Shown one piece after another: positions 44,401-55,400 of a DNA stretch of 64,000 bases; within the stretch, counting starts at the first letter, position 1; every line of letters starts with the position of its first letter. The notes under the pieces are model-generated. The model saw nothing but the letters and a program-made list of their open reading frames with translations. It was not told the origin of the DNA and did no database searches. Position numbers and translations under genes: made by a program. Origin of the DNA: Podarcis filfolensis (lineage: Eukaryota); the NCBI GenBank assembly GCA_964270895.1, contig OZ185438.1, one strand, 5' to 3'.

Positions 44401-46037
44401 TATACAGTAAATTTCTAGTAGCCACACTTGAGTTCAGCTTGGCAAAACCTGCTGTTTATAGCTACACTTTTTTGCGGTATGATATCAAATTCAAAAAGGA
44501 ACAGTAGAATGTTAGATCCTCTCTGTGCATCAAAATATCTAGGACTGAATGCTGTAAGCAATCTAAACGAATCACTGGAAAGCGCTATCATTTGTTACTG
44601 TGGGGGTGGCTTACCTGTGGCCCTCCAGATTCTGTTGAACTCCCAACTCCTGGTCTGTGGTCAGTAATAATAGGTATTTGTAGTACAGTAACAGTTGGAG
44701 GTTCCCCACATCTGTTCTACTGTTGATCTCTGTTAGTCATTTTGAATTGGTAATACGCAGTGATACCACTATAATTCCATCACACTGCGGTACAGTGATC
44801 TCTGCTTGGTCTTGTAACATACAAATTCTTGCATCAAACTACTTTCTTAATCTTTTATTCACTGATCACTTTTGACAAATACAAGATCATTTGAATTTGG
44901 CAATGATACTAGAAAAAATAGTGGGCAAATACTTAAGTGTGTACATTCTGGTTTTAAACAGTTTAAACATACAGGTTTAAGATTACCCACAGACCTATGG
45001 AGACCACAAAATTTTGTCTGGAAAAGGTCATACTATGGTAGAAAACCAATAACAGGACACGTGAAATATGCCAAACTAAAATTTCTGATAACAAATTCCA
45101 TTACAAAGCTGTTCAGACATAAGCATGCTATTTTTGAAATAAAGACCAAAAAAACCCATTGCAGTCAATAAGATTGTGTCTCTATCAGTGGCTGTTTCAA
45201 TTGGCTGAAAGCAGAGAGAAAAGAAGACCAATTGCCATTTAGAACCTTCACTCCTAGAACTGCCCCACTCCAGCAGCCATTCCACCTTGCCGTGTACAAG
45301 CTAGAACATGAATGTGTGTGTTCACCTTCATTCCCGCCCTTTTGCATTGTATCTGTTAGATGATAATGCATCGTGGCAGTGACCTGTCCTTTCTACTCTC
45401 TGTATAGCACTTAGGGTAATTTTAAGTACCTAATCATATTCCTGTTTTTTGAGTAGCAGTGGAATGTGGAGACCACACAAAAGCAACCAGTAACAACTTT
45501 CTTTTCTCTATTAGGACTTCAAGAAAGAAGCTGAAGTATTTTCTGAGAAACTCTCAGGTAGTGGAAAGGAGGACAGGTATGCATCTTTCTAGTGCTTGAC
45601 GTGTATGGTTCATATTTATTTATTTTTGCTTTTTTTATCAAGTGGGGCCTTTTTGCATTAAAACAAATCCTTTCCAATAAACACTTTTAATTGCATACTA
45701 ATTACACTTGTCTGATAATCTTTACCGTATTGCAGTTGAATTAAGATTTGTTAATTTGAGCAGGTCTCTATTTATAGATTGTTTGTGATAGCAGATGTTG
45801 GGGAAGGAGATTTCACCACATCCCTATGTGTCCAAATTATCCCTCCCCCTAAAAAAAAACCTCCTCTAGATGATTGGGGGACTTATGATTTGATGTGTAT
45901 GCTGTGTGAGGGAAGGGTAGATGGGAATCCTAAGAAGGAGAAGTGTATTAGACTGTTTCAAAATTCATTATTATCTGTGTTCCAGCTTTAGTGCTGCAGC
46001 CACTCTTCATGAAGAGCCTGATGATGATTTCTGGTGA
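22473..46037 (+). CDS. OFD1: OFD1 centriole and centriolar satellite protein, about 1027 aa; join(22473..22568,22969..23169,24326..24394,24821..24851,26806..26910,28431..28567,29145..29318,29867..29973,31676..31795,32972..33045,33155..33246,33380..33569,34680..34810,35327..35438,36380..36976,37627..37774,38629..38750,40594..40710,41616..41797,43660..43824,45515..45576,45986..46037)
   Basis: 22 GT-AG exons sum to 3084 nt with consistent phase and no internal stop; LisH-region motif [25 protein letters not shown], coiled coils, [28 protein letters not shown]. Start codon choice is uncertain. Confidence 0.93.
22969..23169 (+). CDS. OFD1: OFD1 exon 3 (LisH region)
   Basis: [18 protein letters not shown]...[26 protein letters not shown]. 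Confidence 0.96.
23364..23401. repeat. (AC)19 microsatellite
   Basis: Direct reading. Confidence 0.98.
23475..23498. repeat. (GT)12 microsatellite
   Basis: Direct reading. Confidence 0.98.
23678..23813. mobile_element. 136-bp hairpin hAT MITE with 8-bp TSD
   Basis: TIRs CAGGCACCCCCAAACTC / GAGTTTGGGAATGCCTG; flanks GTGTAGGG and ATGTAGGG; the body is nearly one long inverted repeat. Confidence 0.85.
24326..24394 (+). CDS. OFD1: OFD1 exon 4
   Basis: [23 protein letters not shown]. Confidence 0.93.
24821..24851 (+). CDS. OFD1: OFD1 exon 5
   Basis: [10 protein letters not shown](G), 31 nt after a poly-T acceptor. Confidence 0.9.
25380..26340 (-). mobile_element. Decayed L2 LINE reverse-transcriptase fragments
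   Basis: Minus frames give VPQ...[17 protein letters not shown] (RT core) and [33 protein letters not shown] (L2 C-terminal region). Confidence 0.75.
26806..26910 (+). CDS. OFD1: OFD1 exon 6
   Basis: [34 protein letters not shown]. Confidence 0.92.
27780..28260 (+). mobile_element. Decayed L2-type LINE 3' region
   Basis: TTGTGGAATGCTCTC..AGGCACCAGGCAAAGAC..TTTAA..AAGCTTT followed by a T-rich tail, typical of L2 3' ends. Confidence 0.4.
28431..28567 (+). CDS. OFD1: OFD1 exon 7
   Basis: [45 protein letters not shown]. Confidence 0.95.
29145..29318 (+). CDS. OFD1: OFD1 exon 8
   Basis: [17 protein letters not shown]...[14 protein letters not shown]. Confidence 0.95.
29867..29973 (+). CDS. OFD1: OFD1 exon 9
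   Basis: [36 protein letters not shown]. Confidence 0.95.
31676..31795 (+). CDS. OFD1: OFD1 exon 10
   Basis: [40 protein letters not shown]. Confidence 0.95.
32106..32466. mobile_element. Tigger-like MITE (TACCGTA-type termini), decayed
   Basis: Imperfect TIRs CCATACTTTTCCATGTGTA / TACACAGAAAAGTACGG; subterminal ATAAGCCTACCCCCACTTTTT. Confidence 0.55.
32972..33045 (+). CDS. OFD1: OFD1 exon 11
   Basis: [24 protein letters not shown]. Confidence 0.94.
33155..33246 (+). CDS. OFD1: OFD1 exon 12
   Basis: [30 protein letters not shown]. Confidence 0.94.
33380..33569 (+). CDS. OFD1: OFD1 exon 13
   Basis: [10 protein letters not shown]...[31 protein letters not shown]. Confidence 0.95.
34357..34582 (+). 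mobile_element. Tigger-like MITE (strand is relative to the 43300 copy)
   Basis: TA|CAGTGGTACCTC..GGTTAC ... GTAACCCGAGGTAGCACTG|TA. Confidence 0.88.
34680..34810 (+). CDS. OFD1: OFD1 exon 14
   Basis: [43 protein letters not shown]. Confidence 0.93.
35327..35438 (+). CDS. OFD1: OFD1 exon 15
   Basis: [37 protein letters not shown]. Confidence 0.94.
35711..35748. repeat. 20-bp tandem duplication
   Basis: ATGGACTAAAGGCTCCTT at 35711 and 35731. Confidence 0.9.
36380..36976 (+). CDS. OFD1: OFD1 exon 16
   Basis: [18 protein letters not shown]...[22 protein letters not shown]...[14 protein letters not shown]. Confidence 0.96.
37176..37307. other. Assembly gap (132 N)
   Basis: Run of N in OFD1 intron 16. 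Confidence 1.
37627..37774 (+). CDS. OFD1: OFD1 exon 17
   Basis: Ser/Pro-rich [22 protein letters not shown]...ASCKQKL; phase 1 to 2 as required; divergent. Confidence 0.75.
38629..38750 (+). CDS. OFD1: OFD1 exon 18
   Basis: [40 protein letters not shown]; strong acceptor and GTAAGT donor. Confidence 0.85.
40594..40710 (+). CDS. OFD1: OFD1 exon 19
   Basis: [38 protein letters not shown]; acceptor CTTCTCCTCTAG, donor GTGAGT; phase 1 to 1. Confidence 0.75.
   Translation: MKRTFQNSSKAMCHIHLTLLVEAMFRLLCQQRALHSRT
41616..41797 (+). CDS. OFD1: OFD1 exon 20 (Glu-rich)
   Basis: [60 protein letters not shown]. Confidence 0.88.
41883..42110. mobile_element. Tc1/mariner-superfamily MITE
   Basis: TA|CAGGCAGCCCCCC ... 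GGGGGGCTGCCTG|TA; perfect 13-bp TIR and TA TSD. Confidence 0.85.
43300..43544 (-). mobile_element. Tigger-like MITE, inverted relative to the 34357 copy
   Basis: TA|CAGTGGTACCTCGGGTTA ... TAACCCGAGGTACCACTG|TA; body is the reverse complement of 34357-34582; extra 16-bp subterminal unit GGTTACATACGCTTCA. Confidence 0.9.
43660..43824 (+). CDS. OFD1: OFD1 exon 21
   Basis: [11 protein letters not shown]...[22 protein letters not shown]. Confidence 0.92.
45515..45576 (+). CDS. OFD1: OFD1 exon 22
   Basis: [20 protein letters not shown](S); phase 0 to 2. Confidence 0.82.
45986..46037 (+). CDS. OFD1: OFD1 last coding exon
   Basis: [16 protein letters not shown]. Confidence 0.9.
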
Positions 46038-46284
46038 ATATCGATTAGCAGGGGCTCCCTGACCAGAGAAGTGCACTTCTTTTTCATCAGAGGAAGCACC
46101 ACAAACTAGGGTGAGATTCTGAACATTGGAATATTGCCATCTGCATAATTCAGGAAGAACATACTAAAAGTGAAACATTGCTGTTTGTTGGCACAAAGTT
46201 GCTATCAGTGCTACTGAAACAGTGTTTCAGAGAATTGCTTCCTACCTGAACAACCAATTTTACGTGTTTAAAATATGCCAGTAC

Positions 46285-46377
46285 AATAAAAATAGCTTTT
46301 TATAGAGGCAGTGGGGGAAACATTCAAATCAGGTTGGTTTACCTTGTTTTACAAATGAATATTTTTAAAAGAATAAA
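46285..46377 (+). terminator. OFD1: Candidate OFD1 polyadenylation signals
   Basis: AATAAA at 46285-46290 and 46372-46377. Confidence 0.55.
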
Positions 46378-47572
46378 GCAGCAGTCATAGAAAATTCTGT
46401 GTTTAAATCTATTTGAAATATTTTCTTCCAGAGTTTATATTACAGACTTTACAGATGATTGACCAGCTGTCTATATAAGCACAGCTCAAAGCTCTAGAAT
46501 GAAAACTGTGTTTAGACATTTAAGTTTTGGGGTGATGTGCTTAAGCAGCTTTTGACTTTATTGAATAGTGACGCTACAATTTCCTGCTGCTGCACATCCT
46601 TTAGCTACTCTTTAAAAACAAACTAGGGCATCAGCAAGAGTTCAGTCAAGCACACTTTAAAAATTAAGTGCTTGTGATTGGGACTACTTCCTGTTAAAAG
46701 TACATGGTATTGAAAACGATGATTTACACTATTATGATGTTTAAATTTTGGAAATGGCTGTCATAGTATGAAACTGGCCTGAAAAACTGGGGCAACTGTC
46801 TGAACTCACTAAAATTGAATCATATTATCAACTCATTTTAGAGGAGAGTTCCTTGGGAAAGTGATGAAAGAATATTCCCACTTTACAAGCTTTGTAATTA
46901 GTGGGAAATGCTGGTACAGATGAATCGATGGGACCTGATTTGTTGAAATGCCAGAGATTTTGGAAGTTGAAATATATCCTGGCTTCATGTAGTTTGACCA
47001 CGCCGCACTAAAATAATGAAACACACTATAGATGGGAAAATTTTGCAGTGAGCTTATGAGAGACACCAGGCATGCCTCAAGCAGCAGTTCTCCTAAGACA
47101 AAGTTGAGCAAATAGTACTCTATTTCAAAATCAATTACTGAGAACAGGCCCTTGCAGATTAGCATCTTTCAAAACACTTTTGCATATCTGTGTTTGCTAA
47201 TTTGACTGCTCTCATTTCTTAAGAGACAGAAACTAACAAATTTATGTTTATGTCAAACTGTATCAAACCTGAACTGTGAAATACAATATTGTTGTTTTTT
47301 GCCCCAAAGGTAAACTGATAGTGGCAAATGCATATACCAAATAATGTGCACACTTTTTGAAAGTCAGACTCAGTCCAGAAGCACCCTAGCACGGAAGGAT
47401 ATCACATCTTGATAAGATGCAGGGAAAGGTCTATCTTCCTATGTCCGTTGGTTGCCATATTTTTCAATAGATACTAAAACTTCCAATTATGTGTCACCCA
47501 AACACTAGCTCTGGGATGGCTGTCTATACTGCTACAACTGTTTCAAAACCTTCTTAAAATAAGCATACACAA

Positions 47573-47753
47573 NNNNNNNNNNNNNNNNNNNNNNNNNNNN
47601 NNNNNNNNNNNNNNNNNNNNNNNNNNNNNNNNNNNNNNNNNNNNNNNNNNNNNNNNNNNNNNNNNNNNNNNNNNNNNNNNNNNNNNNNNNNNNNNNNNNN
47701 NNNNNNNNNNNNNNNNNNNNNNNNNNNNNNNNNNNNNNNNNNNNNNNNNNNNN
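47573..47753. other. Assembly gap (181 N)
   Basis: Run of N between the OFD1 and GPM6B 3' ends. Confidence 1.
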
Positions 47754-49329
47754 GTAAATAGCTACATAGAATTAGAAAAGAATTAGGCTTTAAGACACTG
47801 TCCGTTACCTTTATGCAAACACTGGACTAGTAAGAACATCACCTGCATTGCTGTAGAAATTTGTTTCCTTCATGCAACAGGTAAAAACAAACACTAAGCT
47901 ATTTTTTATCTGCTCTATATAGATTTTGCCTCTTTAAAAAGAAAGTCAGATTAGGCATGTAACAAACTCAAATGCAAGGTAATACCTGAAGTTTTTTCCA
48001 CATTAATATTTTTTTCCTTTAAAAACTTTCTAAAGAAACATGTGCTTCCTTTATCTTTATACACTTCTGTATGAGCTACAGGAGCATGGTTAATATTCAG
48101 CAAACGTTCAAAACTAATCAAACCACACATTAACATGGATGTATGACTTGACTTTTTTACTGATTTAAAACTCACCGATGTACTTAAAGTTTCTCCAACA
48201 TTTATATATTTTTTTATTTAAAAAAAAGCACACCAAAGATACCATCACTAGTACTCAAGCTAGCACTGAATGTTTCTGAAAATGTTAGAAGGCAGATTTT
48301 GTGGGAAACACTTTTAAAATGGCACCCAATATTTTACTGAACACCAAATTTCTTAAAAGAGAAAACAAATAAGCACTGTCTATAAACGTGCTGAGCACCA
48401 AAATTGAGACGGGTGGTTGACCTGTGCTCTGTATGGCTATGGGTTTTTATGTTCTACAAATTGTTATCTGCTCACTTGAAACAATTATATCAGTATAATT
48501 TCAACAAGGTAACACTTTCTGCTTTGATAAAATACATGATAATGATCTCCCACTGCTATATAAATGCTTCAGACATTTATAGAAAATAAATATTAAGGCA
48601 AAGCTGACATTTATTTTCTGAGAAGGGGATCATTATCCTGATCCAAGGGTCTGTCTACATTCCATCAAACGGTATAAAATTAAAAGAAAACAAACTCTGG
48701 GCAACAGTGCCCAGCTTACTCTGGTAAGTGCAGTAGAACAACAGTGGCTCATTACAGCATCAATGAAAAGGGAGTGGCTCAGAAAATAACACTTCTGGCA
48801 TTTAGTCCACAAAATCCAGTTTTAATTTTGACAGAGTCTGAATAAGATTATTTGTAACTTCCTGAAACCGTATCAAATAAGCACAACTATCAGTATTCAG
48901 AAGAAAGGGAATAACTAGTCATACTAGAATCTTAGTTACTTACATCTGTGTAATTATATACAGCCTTTAAAATCTTTTAGTCATTACAGGGCTGGATACC
49001 AACTGTGGTAGCCTGTTTTGAAAGGAGCGTGTTCCTTCAGTAATTCTTTTATAATTGCCAAGAGATATCCATAAAGATCCTTGACCTGGTAACATGTTTT
49101 TCTAAAGTGGCCTAGAGACAACCTCTCTCCCCTCCCTCCCCCCCCAAAAAACCCTCCAATCGCAGTGCTAAAGGAATGGAGGATATCCACTGCAAATTTT
49201 CCCTATGATCATGGCCCAGGAGCATGAATGTGAAGTTTTTATACTTCTGCATTTGCTTGGACATGCATCTGTTCTGCAGAGCAGCTGCTTGATGATTTGT
49301 CAGAGCTACAAAATTCTTCTGGCAAACAT

Positions 49330-49479
49330 TTATGTGTAAGAATTGAGTTGCTCTTTGGACCGAGACTGGATATCTTGAAGCTCCTGTTCTTCTTTTGCTT
49401 TGATATCCTGGTAAGCCTGCATTTTGCTCGCATCCTTTAAGTAGGCCCAGTTAGAGGACAGTATCATGAGGAAGTGTAT
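49330..49479 (-). CDS. GPM6B: GPM6B distal alternative terminal exon
   Basis: [49 protein letters not shown]. Confidence 0.95.
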   Translation of the reverse strand: MHFLMILSSNWAYLKDASKMQAYQDIKAKEEQELQDIQSRSKEQLNSYT

Positions 49480-52400
49480 CTGGAAGAGAAGGGTGAGCAT
49501 GATGGCTAGTGAGCATGTCAAGAGGCAAAGCAGGCAGCTAGTAATATTAATTTTTAAAAGTTATTCTACATTATTAAATATTAAAAAAGGCAAAGAGGCT
49601 TATTTCTAAAGATATCTAGAATTTTGCATGCTTAATACTACTAAGTAGGTACTGGCAAAAGTTAGTAGGAAATAGGAACAAAAGCAGTTAATGCGAAAGA
49701 ACAACAGAAACGGAAAAGCTTTGAAAATACATTGCAAGTTTACATGCTGAAGCCTAGAAGAGCAACTCAAGATAAATCTGTGATCGTTTCTTCCTTTCCC
49801 TGTTTCTTCCCCCATCCTCTTGAGTAAAGGAAAATTGTAATGTGGAAATTTTATATAGTTATCCTCTTAGAAAAGTTGTGTTCCGCCATACTCACTGGGG
49901 CAAAAATAGTTTTTTTTCTAAAATGCAGCTTTCTATATAAAAGGGTTTGCTTTGCGTGCTGCATGGTTATACTTTGGAAGCTGATCACTGACAAGTAAGT
50001 TAGTAGCACATAGCCTGTGCCACAAAAGTTGATGTTTTCTATTTCTCATAGGCCAGGGTTGGCGTGGAATGAACTTGTTTCCATGCTTTTGCTAGAGAAC
50101 TGCATGGCTTTTGTTTCTTATTTTTGGGGGGAAATGAAAATGTCAGCTAATGAAAAGGGTATTCTTCAGTGAGCCTAATTAGTTGTCTCTCAAAACATTT
50201 GACCAGTAAAAACCCAAAGGGCTGGTGTTATACAGTAAAAATGAGAGGCAAATGTGTGGTACTTTAGAAGAGCACTTTGACAACAATCTAAAAGGTAGGC
50301 ACTGACAGTTATCAAGAATCAAGCATGTATCTTGTGTGTCATCTATTTGTAGAACAGATGCTTTATTATTTTTCAGATTAGTGAACAGCAGAAACAAAAT
50401 AACTTATTACAGGCCCTTAATCGATCCAGTAATTATTTCAGAGATGATTGTTAGAAAAAAAATATAGCTTGATGTTAAATGAAAGCCCTCCTTCCTTTAA
50501 AGGGATGATTTACAACATCACTGAAAATAACAATCCTCTCATAGTATAGAAAATAGCCAGCTCTCACCCACATCATTATTCATATACAAGAAATAAATTT
50601 GAATTAATCTAAAATGCTTAAAGATGCTTACTGAAGCTATTTACAATTTACTGTAACAAACTTCAAAAAAGCTAGACTCTTTAGTCTAGGGTGTCAGTGG
50701 TTTTTCAAGCTACACAGTGCAGCTCTTTACTGGGCTTATGCAATTTAGAATTTAGTGCAGCAATCTTCCCGACTCTTAAACTTCAAAACGGCATAGTTAT
50801 ATGTGGTAGCCATCATGTAGATCAGCTGGTGGAAGAGAACAAAACACAGCGTATAAGAGACAACAAATTCTACTGGCCTTTTAGGCAGTTCTTTGTGTTA
50901 GAATGAAAATTTATACTGTGTCAGGCACGGATTTCAATCAGAGCTATGGCAAAAATGACTAGCTCTGCTTTACCTAAGCTATGTAAGGGTCCCTGGTTGT
51001 TTCAGTGGGAAGTACATTGATAAATTATGACTTTAAATGAATTTGGCAACAGAAGATTGAAAGCAGGTTGCTGCAGCAGTTCATTGACTATAAATGGGTC
51101 TTGTTTTTAATCAGACTAACTAGCTTCAGTACATTCAGGTACCTTTCATACTCCCCAAAAGACTTAAAGGAAGGAAAGACAGGAGTATTAATTAAAACTA
51201 TTTTCAAAGGTAGGAAACCTCTGTCTGAAGTGTCCTGATGCTGGGAAGTTCTACATACTAATGGCAAAATAGCTATATCCAAAAATGCCATAAATTGGCC
51301 ATGCAACAGGATGGAGGTAAACGAATAGCAAAAAACAACAAAACCATTTTAAAGCTTGCTTTGGTGCAAAGCTTTACTGGGAAATGTAAGCACTTGCCTG
51401 CTATTTGGAATATCCTGAGAAAACTACAATCAGGTGCCAACAAACACAAAAATTATTACTTAGTTTAAGTTAAACAATATTTTAAAGATTACATCTGAAA
51501 AGGGAATATGTGGTTATTTTATGAGAGAGAGAGGATGATGGTACTCACCAGGGCTATGACAGTAGCACCAGCTCCAGCACACGCCACAATGAACAGGTGG
51601 TAAGACAAATAGAACTATAACAGTAAAGAGGAAAATCATTGTCCTAGGAGCTCCATGGCACATTAACAAATATAACTCTCGGGAGGCTGCCTAGTGTGGA
51701 GGAAGGTCCGATTCCATGAGCCACTGCACCAACAAATACGGCACTTCAAGCTATTCAGATAAGGAGTCTGTGCCAGTGTTGCTGTAACATAACACTGCCA
51801 GTTGTACCTAAAGGCCAGGTTCCTTCACACAACTGTGAACACAGGTGTGACCATGATAGCATGGAAGAAGCCTAGTGGGAATCAGATTCTGCATACAGGA
51901 AACTTCTACTCATCTCTCTGATTGCGACTGGAAAAAAATGTTAGCCTCAGTAACTGGATGCTGGTCGCCTCATGTGCAGCTTATTCAGGGCAATTTTTAT
52001 CCATGCCAGCCAAGAGAAAAGAATGAACAAATCCAAAATTATTATTCTGAGTGAGACTAGGGCCACCACCACGGCAGTTCCATCAGCACCACTCCAACCT
52101 CTATTAACATTATTCTAGCCCACAGTCGTAACTGAGGGATGCTCCACACATTTAAAAACCTGTGTGCGCCCTTGTTACCCACATGCATGGAATGACATGG
52201 AAGGCATAATAAGGCAAACCTGCCCAACCTGCCTGGAATAGGTGCTTTTATAACTGGCAGCTGTGTGTTACTGCCTGTCACTAACTCAATCGCAGTTAGA
52301 CAAACTGATTAGGAGGAGAGAGATGCTGTGGACCACAACAGCCCAGTCAGTATGATGCCTTAGCAATAAAGATAGGAGACAGCCTATTCCGAGGGCACTA

Positions 52401-55400
52401 TTTTTGCAGTTGTTCCTTATTCAAAGGAAGCCTGGCATATTAATTAAGCATTGATTACTTATCTATACACTGTATCCTAGTGTTTACCATATTGATGTGT
52501 TTTATGCAAAATTGATGTCGCTTGATGAAATAATTTTTCAGCACTATGTATTCCAGCTACTGAAGGGGTGGGAGGAGAAATACCGTTATCTCTCAACTGG
52601 CTATCCACAGAACCACTTAGCCTCGCAACAAGTAGTGCAGACCTATATCCTCAGAATGTTGTATCATTCATTCTGCATGATTAAGAAACCTTTTTTTAAA
52701 AAAATAAATGGCACGAGCATTAATGTTTTAGCAGGCCAATTGTTTATATCCCAGTTGTCAAGATATGCAACACAAGCACCGGGTGTTGTAGTCTCGTTTA
52801 CCTCAGGGGTGCTGCACATATCTGCTAATGCTGACCCACATGCCTTGCCAGGCACAGCATTCCAAGGGATGATACCTGAAGTTAAAATATCAAAAAGCCA
52901 TTGTTAAAGCTGATAGCTGATGTCATTCTTCCTTCTGAAATCCATTTCCCTTCCCCACCTACTCGCAAGTTGTGTTCCTTTAACAAGCACCCACACATTG
53001 ACCAGTTCAATCTGGAGTTGGCACCATCAAGTACAAAATCACTTAACAGTGTTCCCTTTCTACATCCAGGAGAGATTCTCCTTGCCAAGAGATGTTCTCA
53101 GCTCTAGGATTCCCATATGGCGGACAAATGGTTGTTTTAGTCACTATGGACACTCTTCTTCTTTTTAATCACTGTCATATGCTGTGCTTCCTGACTATTG
53201 AATGGGCAGAGGGATTGCTGAAAACGGTGCTTGCATCTTTACACGCTCTGCCTTAAAACTTTGTGGATTGAGAGTGCAATTGTGGTCAATTGCAGAGGAA
53301 CTATTCAGAATTATCTCTGCAAGCCACCTCTCTTCCTCCATTAAAGCCTCTGTTCCTTTTCTTCATTACTGATCTTCAGGCCATTTTCTTCTTGGTGGAA
53401 GTATACCATGTGGCAGCAAAGTACCTCAACATATTGCACTATAGAAGATATTCATCAAATATATTCATCTTTGACCTTTTTGGGGGGTGGGGGGAGCTAT
53501 ACAGCAGTAGGTATGTGTATGAGAGTTATAAAACAATGAAGTGTGTGGATCACTAAGCCATGTGGAGTGAGAAAAACTATGAGCCAAGGTTTGGGCAACA
53601 TGCCAACTCAACAGTCATGGCATAGCTTGCAGCAGCACAGAAGCAGCAGGACTAGAGGAGAACAGCTACTTTGTCTTGGAATCTATAAGTAGTTCTATTG
53701 GCTTGTAACCAACTAAGTTGGATGAAAGTGAGTTGTGTCCATTAACTTCAATGGGTTTACTCAGAGAAGGACTACCAGTGGATAAAAACCCATTATTTCC
53801 CAGGCTTGCCTCTACTGCGCCCTCCCCGCACATCTCATTTCCACCGGCCTTTCTGAAAGATTTGCACCCTTCTTTAGCCAATATCAGAGCAAGTATGTTA
53901 GGAACCTTAAAATACCTGGAATCTGGATGGAACTTCTAGAGGTAAATTGACTCAACTTCTATTATGTGTTCAACTGTCCTGTGTTCTATTGCCCTTCCTT
54001 TTTGGAGGTGATCATGTCCCTCACTCCTAATCCCACACAAATAATCCCAGTCCCAGGGGAGGGTTGGGGCTAAACAGTATTTGTCACCAAATAAGCACTA
54101 ATGATAGGAACAACTGCATAGTGTGTGTGATGTTAATCAGGTAAAAAAGATCTGGTCCCATAATGTGTGATTCTCGGGAGCACAAATCTAGACCCCCGTT
54201 CCTTCCTCATACTGTTCTGACAAAGTATTTCCATTCCAAAACAAAAGGATAAATGAAACTGCTTTGCACAAGCACATACACAATTCACATTATTACAGAA
54301 ATAGTAAGAATATGGAGATACATAGCTAAATTCAGGAGACTAGCATGGTAGGTTTTCAAACTATTTGGTGATGGGCTCAGGCTTGCTTAAGCAGTTTATT
54401 TTGCTGATTGTTTTATTATTAAGCCTGATAGCATAATGCGGATAACAGGCACAAAATCACTTTAGATAAATGACTTGCCAAATGCAGTTAAACTGGGTGC
54501 ATCTGGAAAGAGGTCAGTGTAATCTGCATTAATTGAAAAAGTAATGACATGTTCAGAGACTCCACACTTGGTTGCTTTTTGGTTCATCTCATAAGGCTAA
54601 GACAAACCTGTTGAAGATAGGACAAGGAAAGAGGATAAAGCATTTAATCAGGATTAAAATAAGTACCGTATTGCCTGATATCCACACAGATCTGGTCCGC
54701 TGAAGCTGTCATATTTGCTGGGAGTGATCTGATGACTTCGCAAGTTGACCATATGTTATAGAACATGAAGACCGGCACAGCCGAGAAGCCAAAGACGCCA
54801 AGCCAGGCCACCCCCAGTACGTAGGTCAGGAAAACAAACTGAGGAGACAGGCACACATTTCACACAGAAAACCCCTTTCTCATTAATTTAGGAAATCGAG
54901 GGTTAATCTCATTTACAGTACAGAATTTTAAAATCCAAGAGCATGTCAGAGTCTCCATGTCTGACGTGAAGTCTCGGATTTTCACTCCATAGAGACCTTC
55001 CCTATAGCCCGTGTTGCGATGTTAAAAGCCTGACGTTCTGTTTTAAGTAAGCAAAATAAAAAACCGCCTGACTTTCTGAGCAGTAGTCATTCTGGGATGC
55101 TTTCTTTGTCGTTGGAGGGGCACTTCATTACTGGGAACTGTGACTTCCTTACAGTATCTGTGGGTACCTCCCAATTCCCGCTGTACGCAATTAGGATAAG
55201 AGGGCATAGCTTCTAACAACAGGGAGTGCCAGCCTTTTGTCTTGGGTGAGCCAACTGAAAAGAATGTTATGCTTCAGCCAACTAAATTGGACCAAGAGAT
55301 GGGGACAACTTAATTACATTTTGGTGGGGGGGGGAATCTATAAAGTTAAAAATGAAGTGCTCTCAGTTAAGGGGGGGGGGAGAAATCCCCACCCCCCCCA

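Noticed and set aside
52497-53168. Several ORFs around the GPM6B 74-nt exon
   Set aside because: Antisense or intronic frames with no recognisable homology or splice support.
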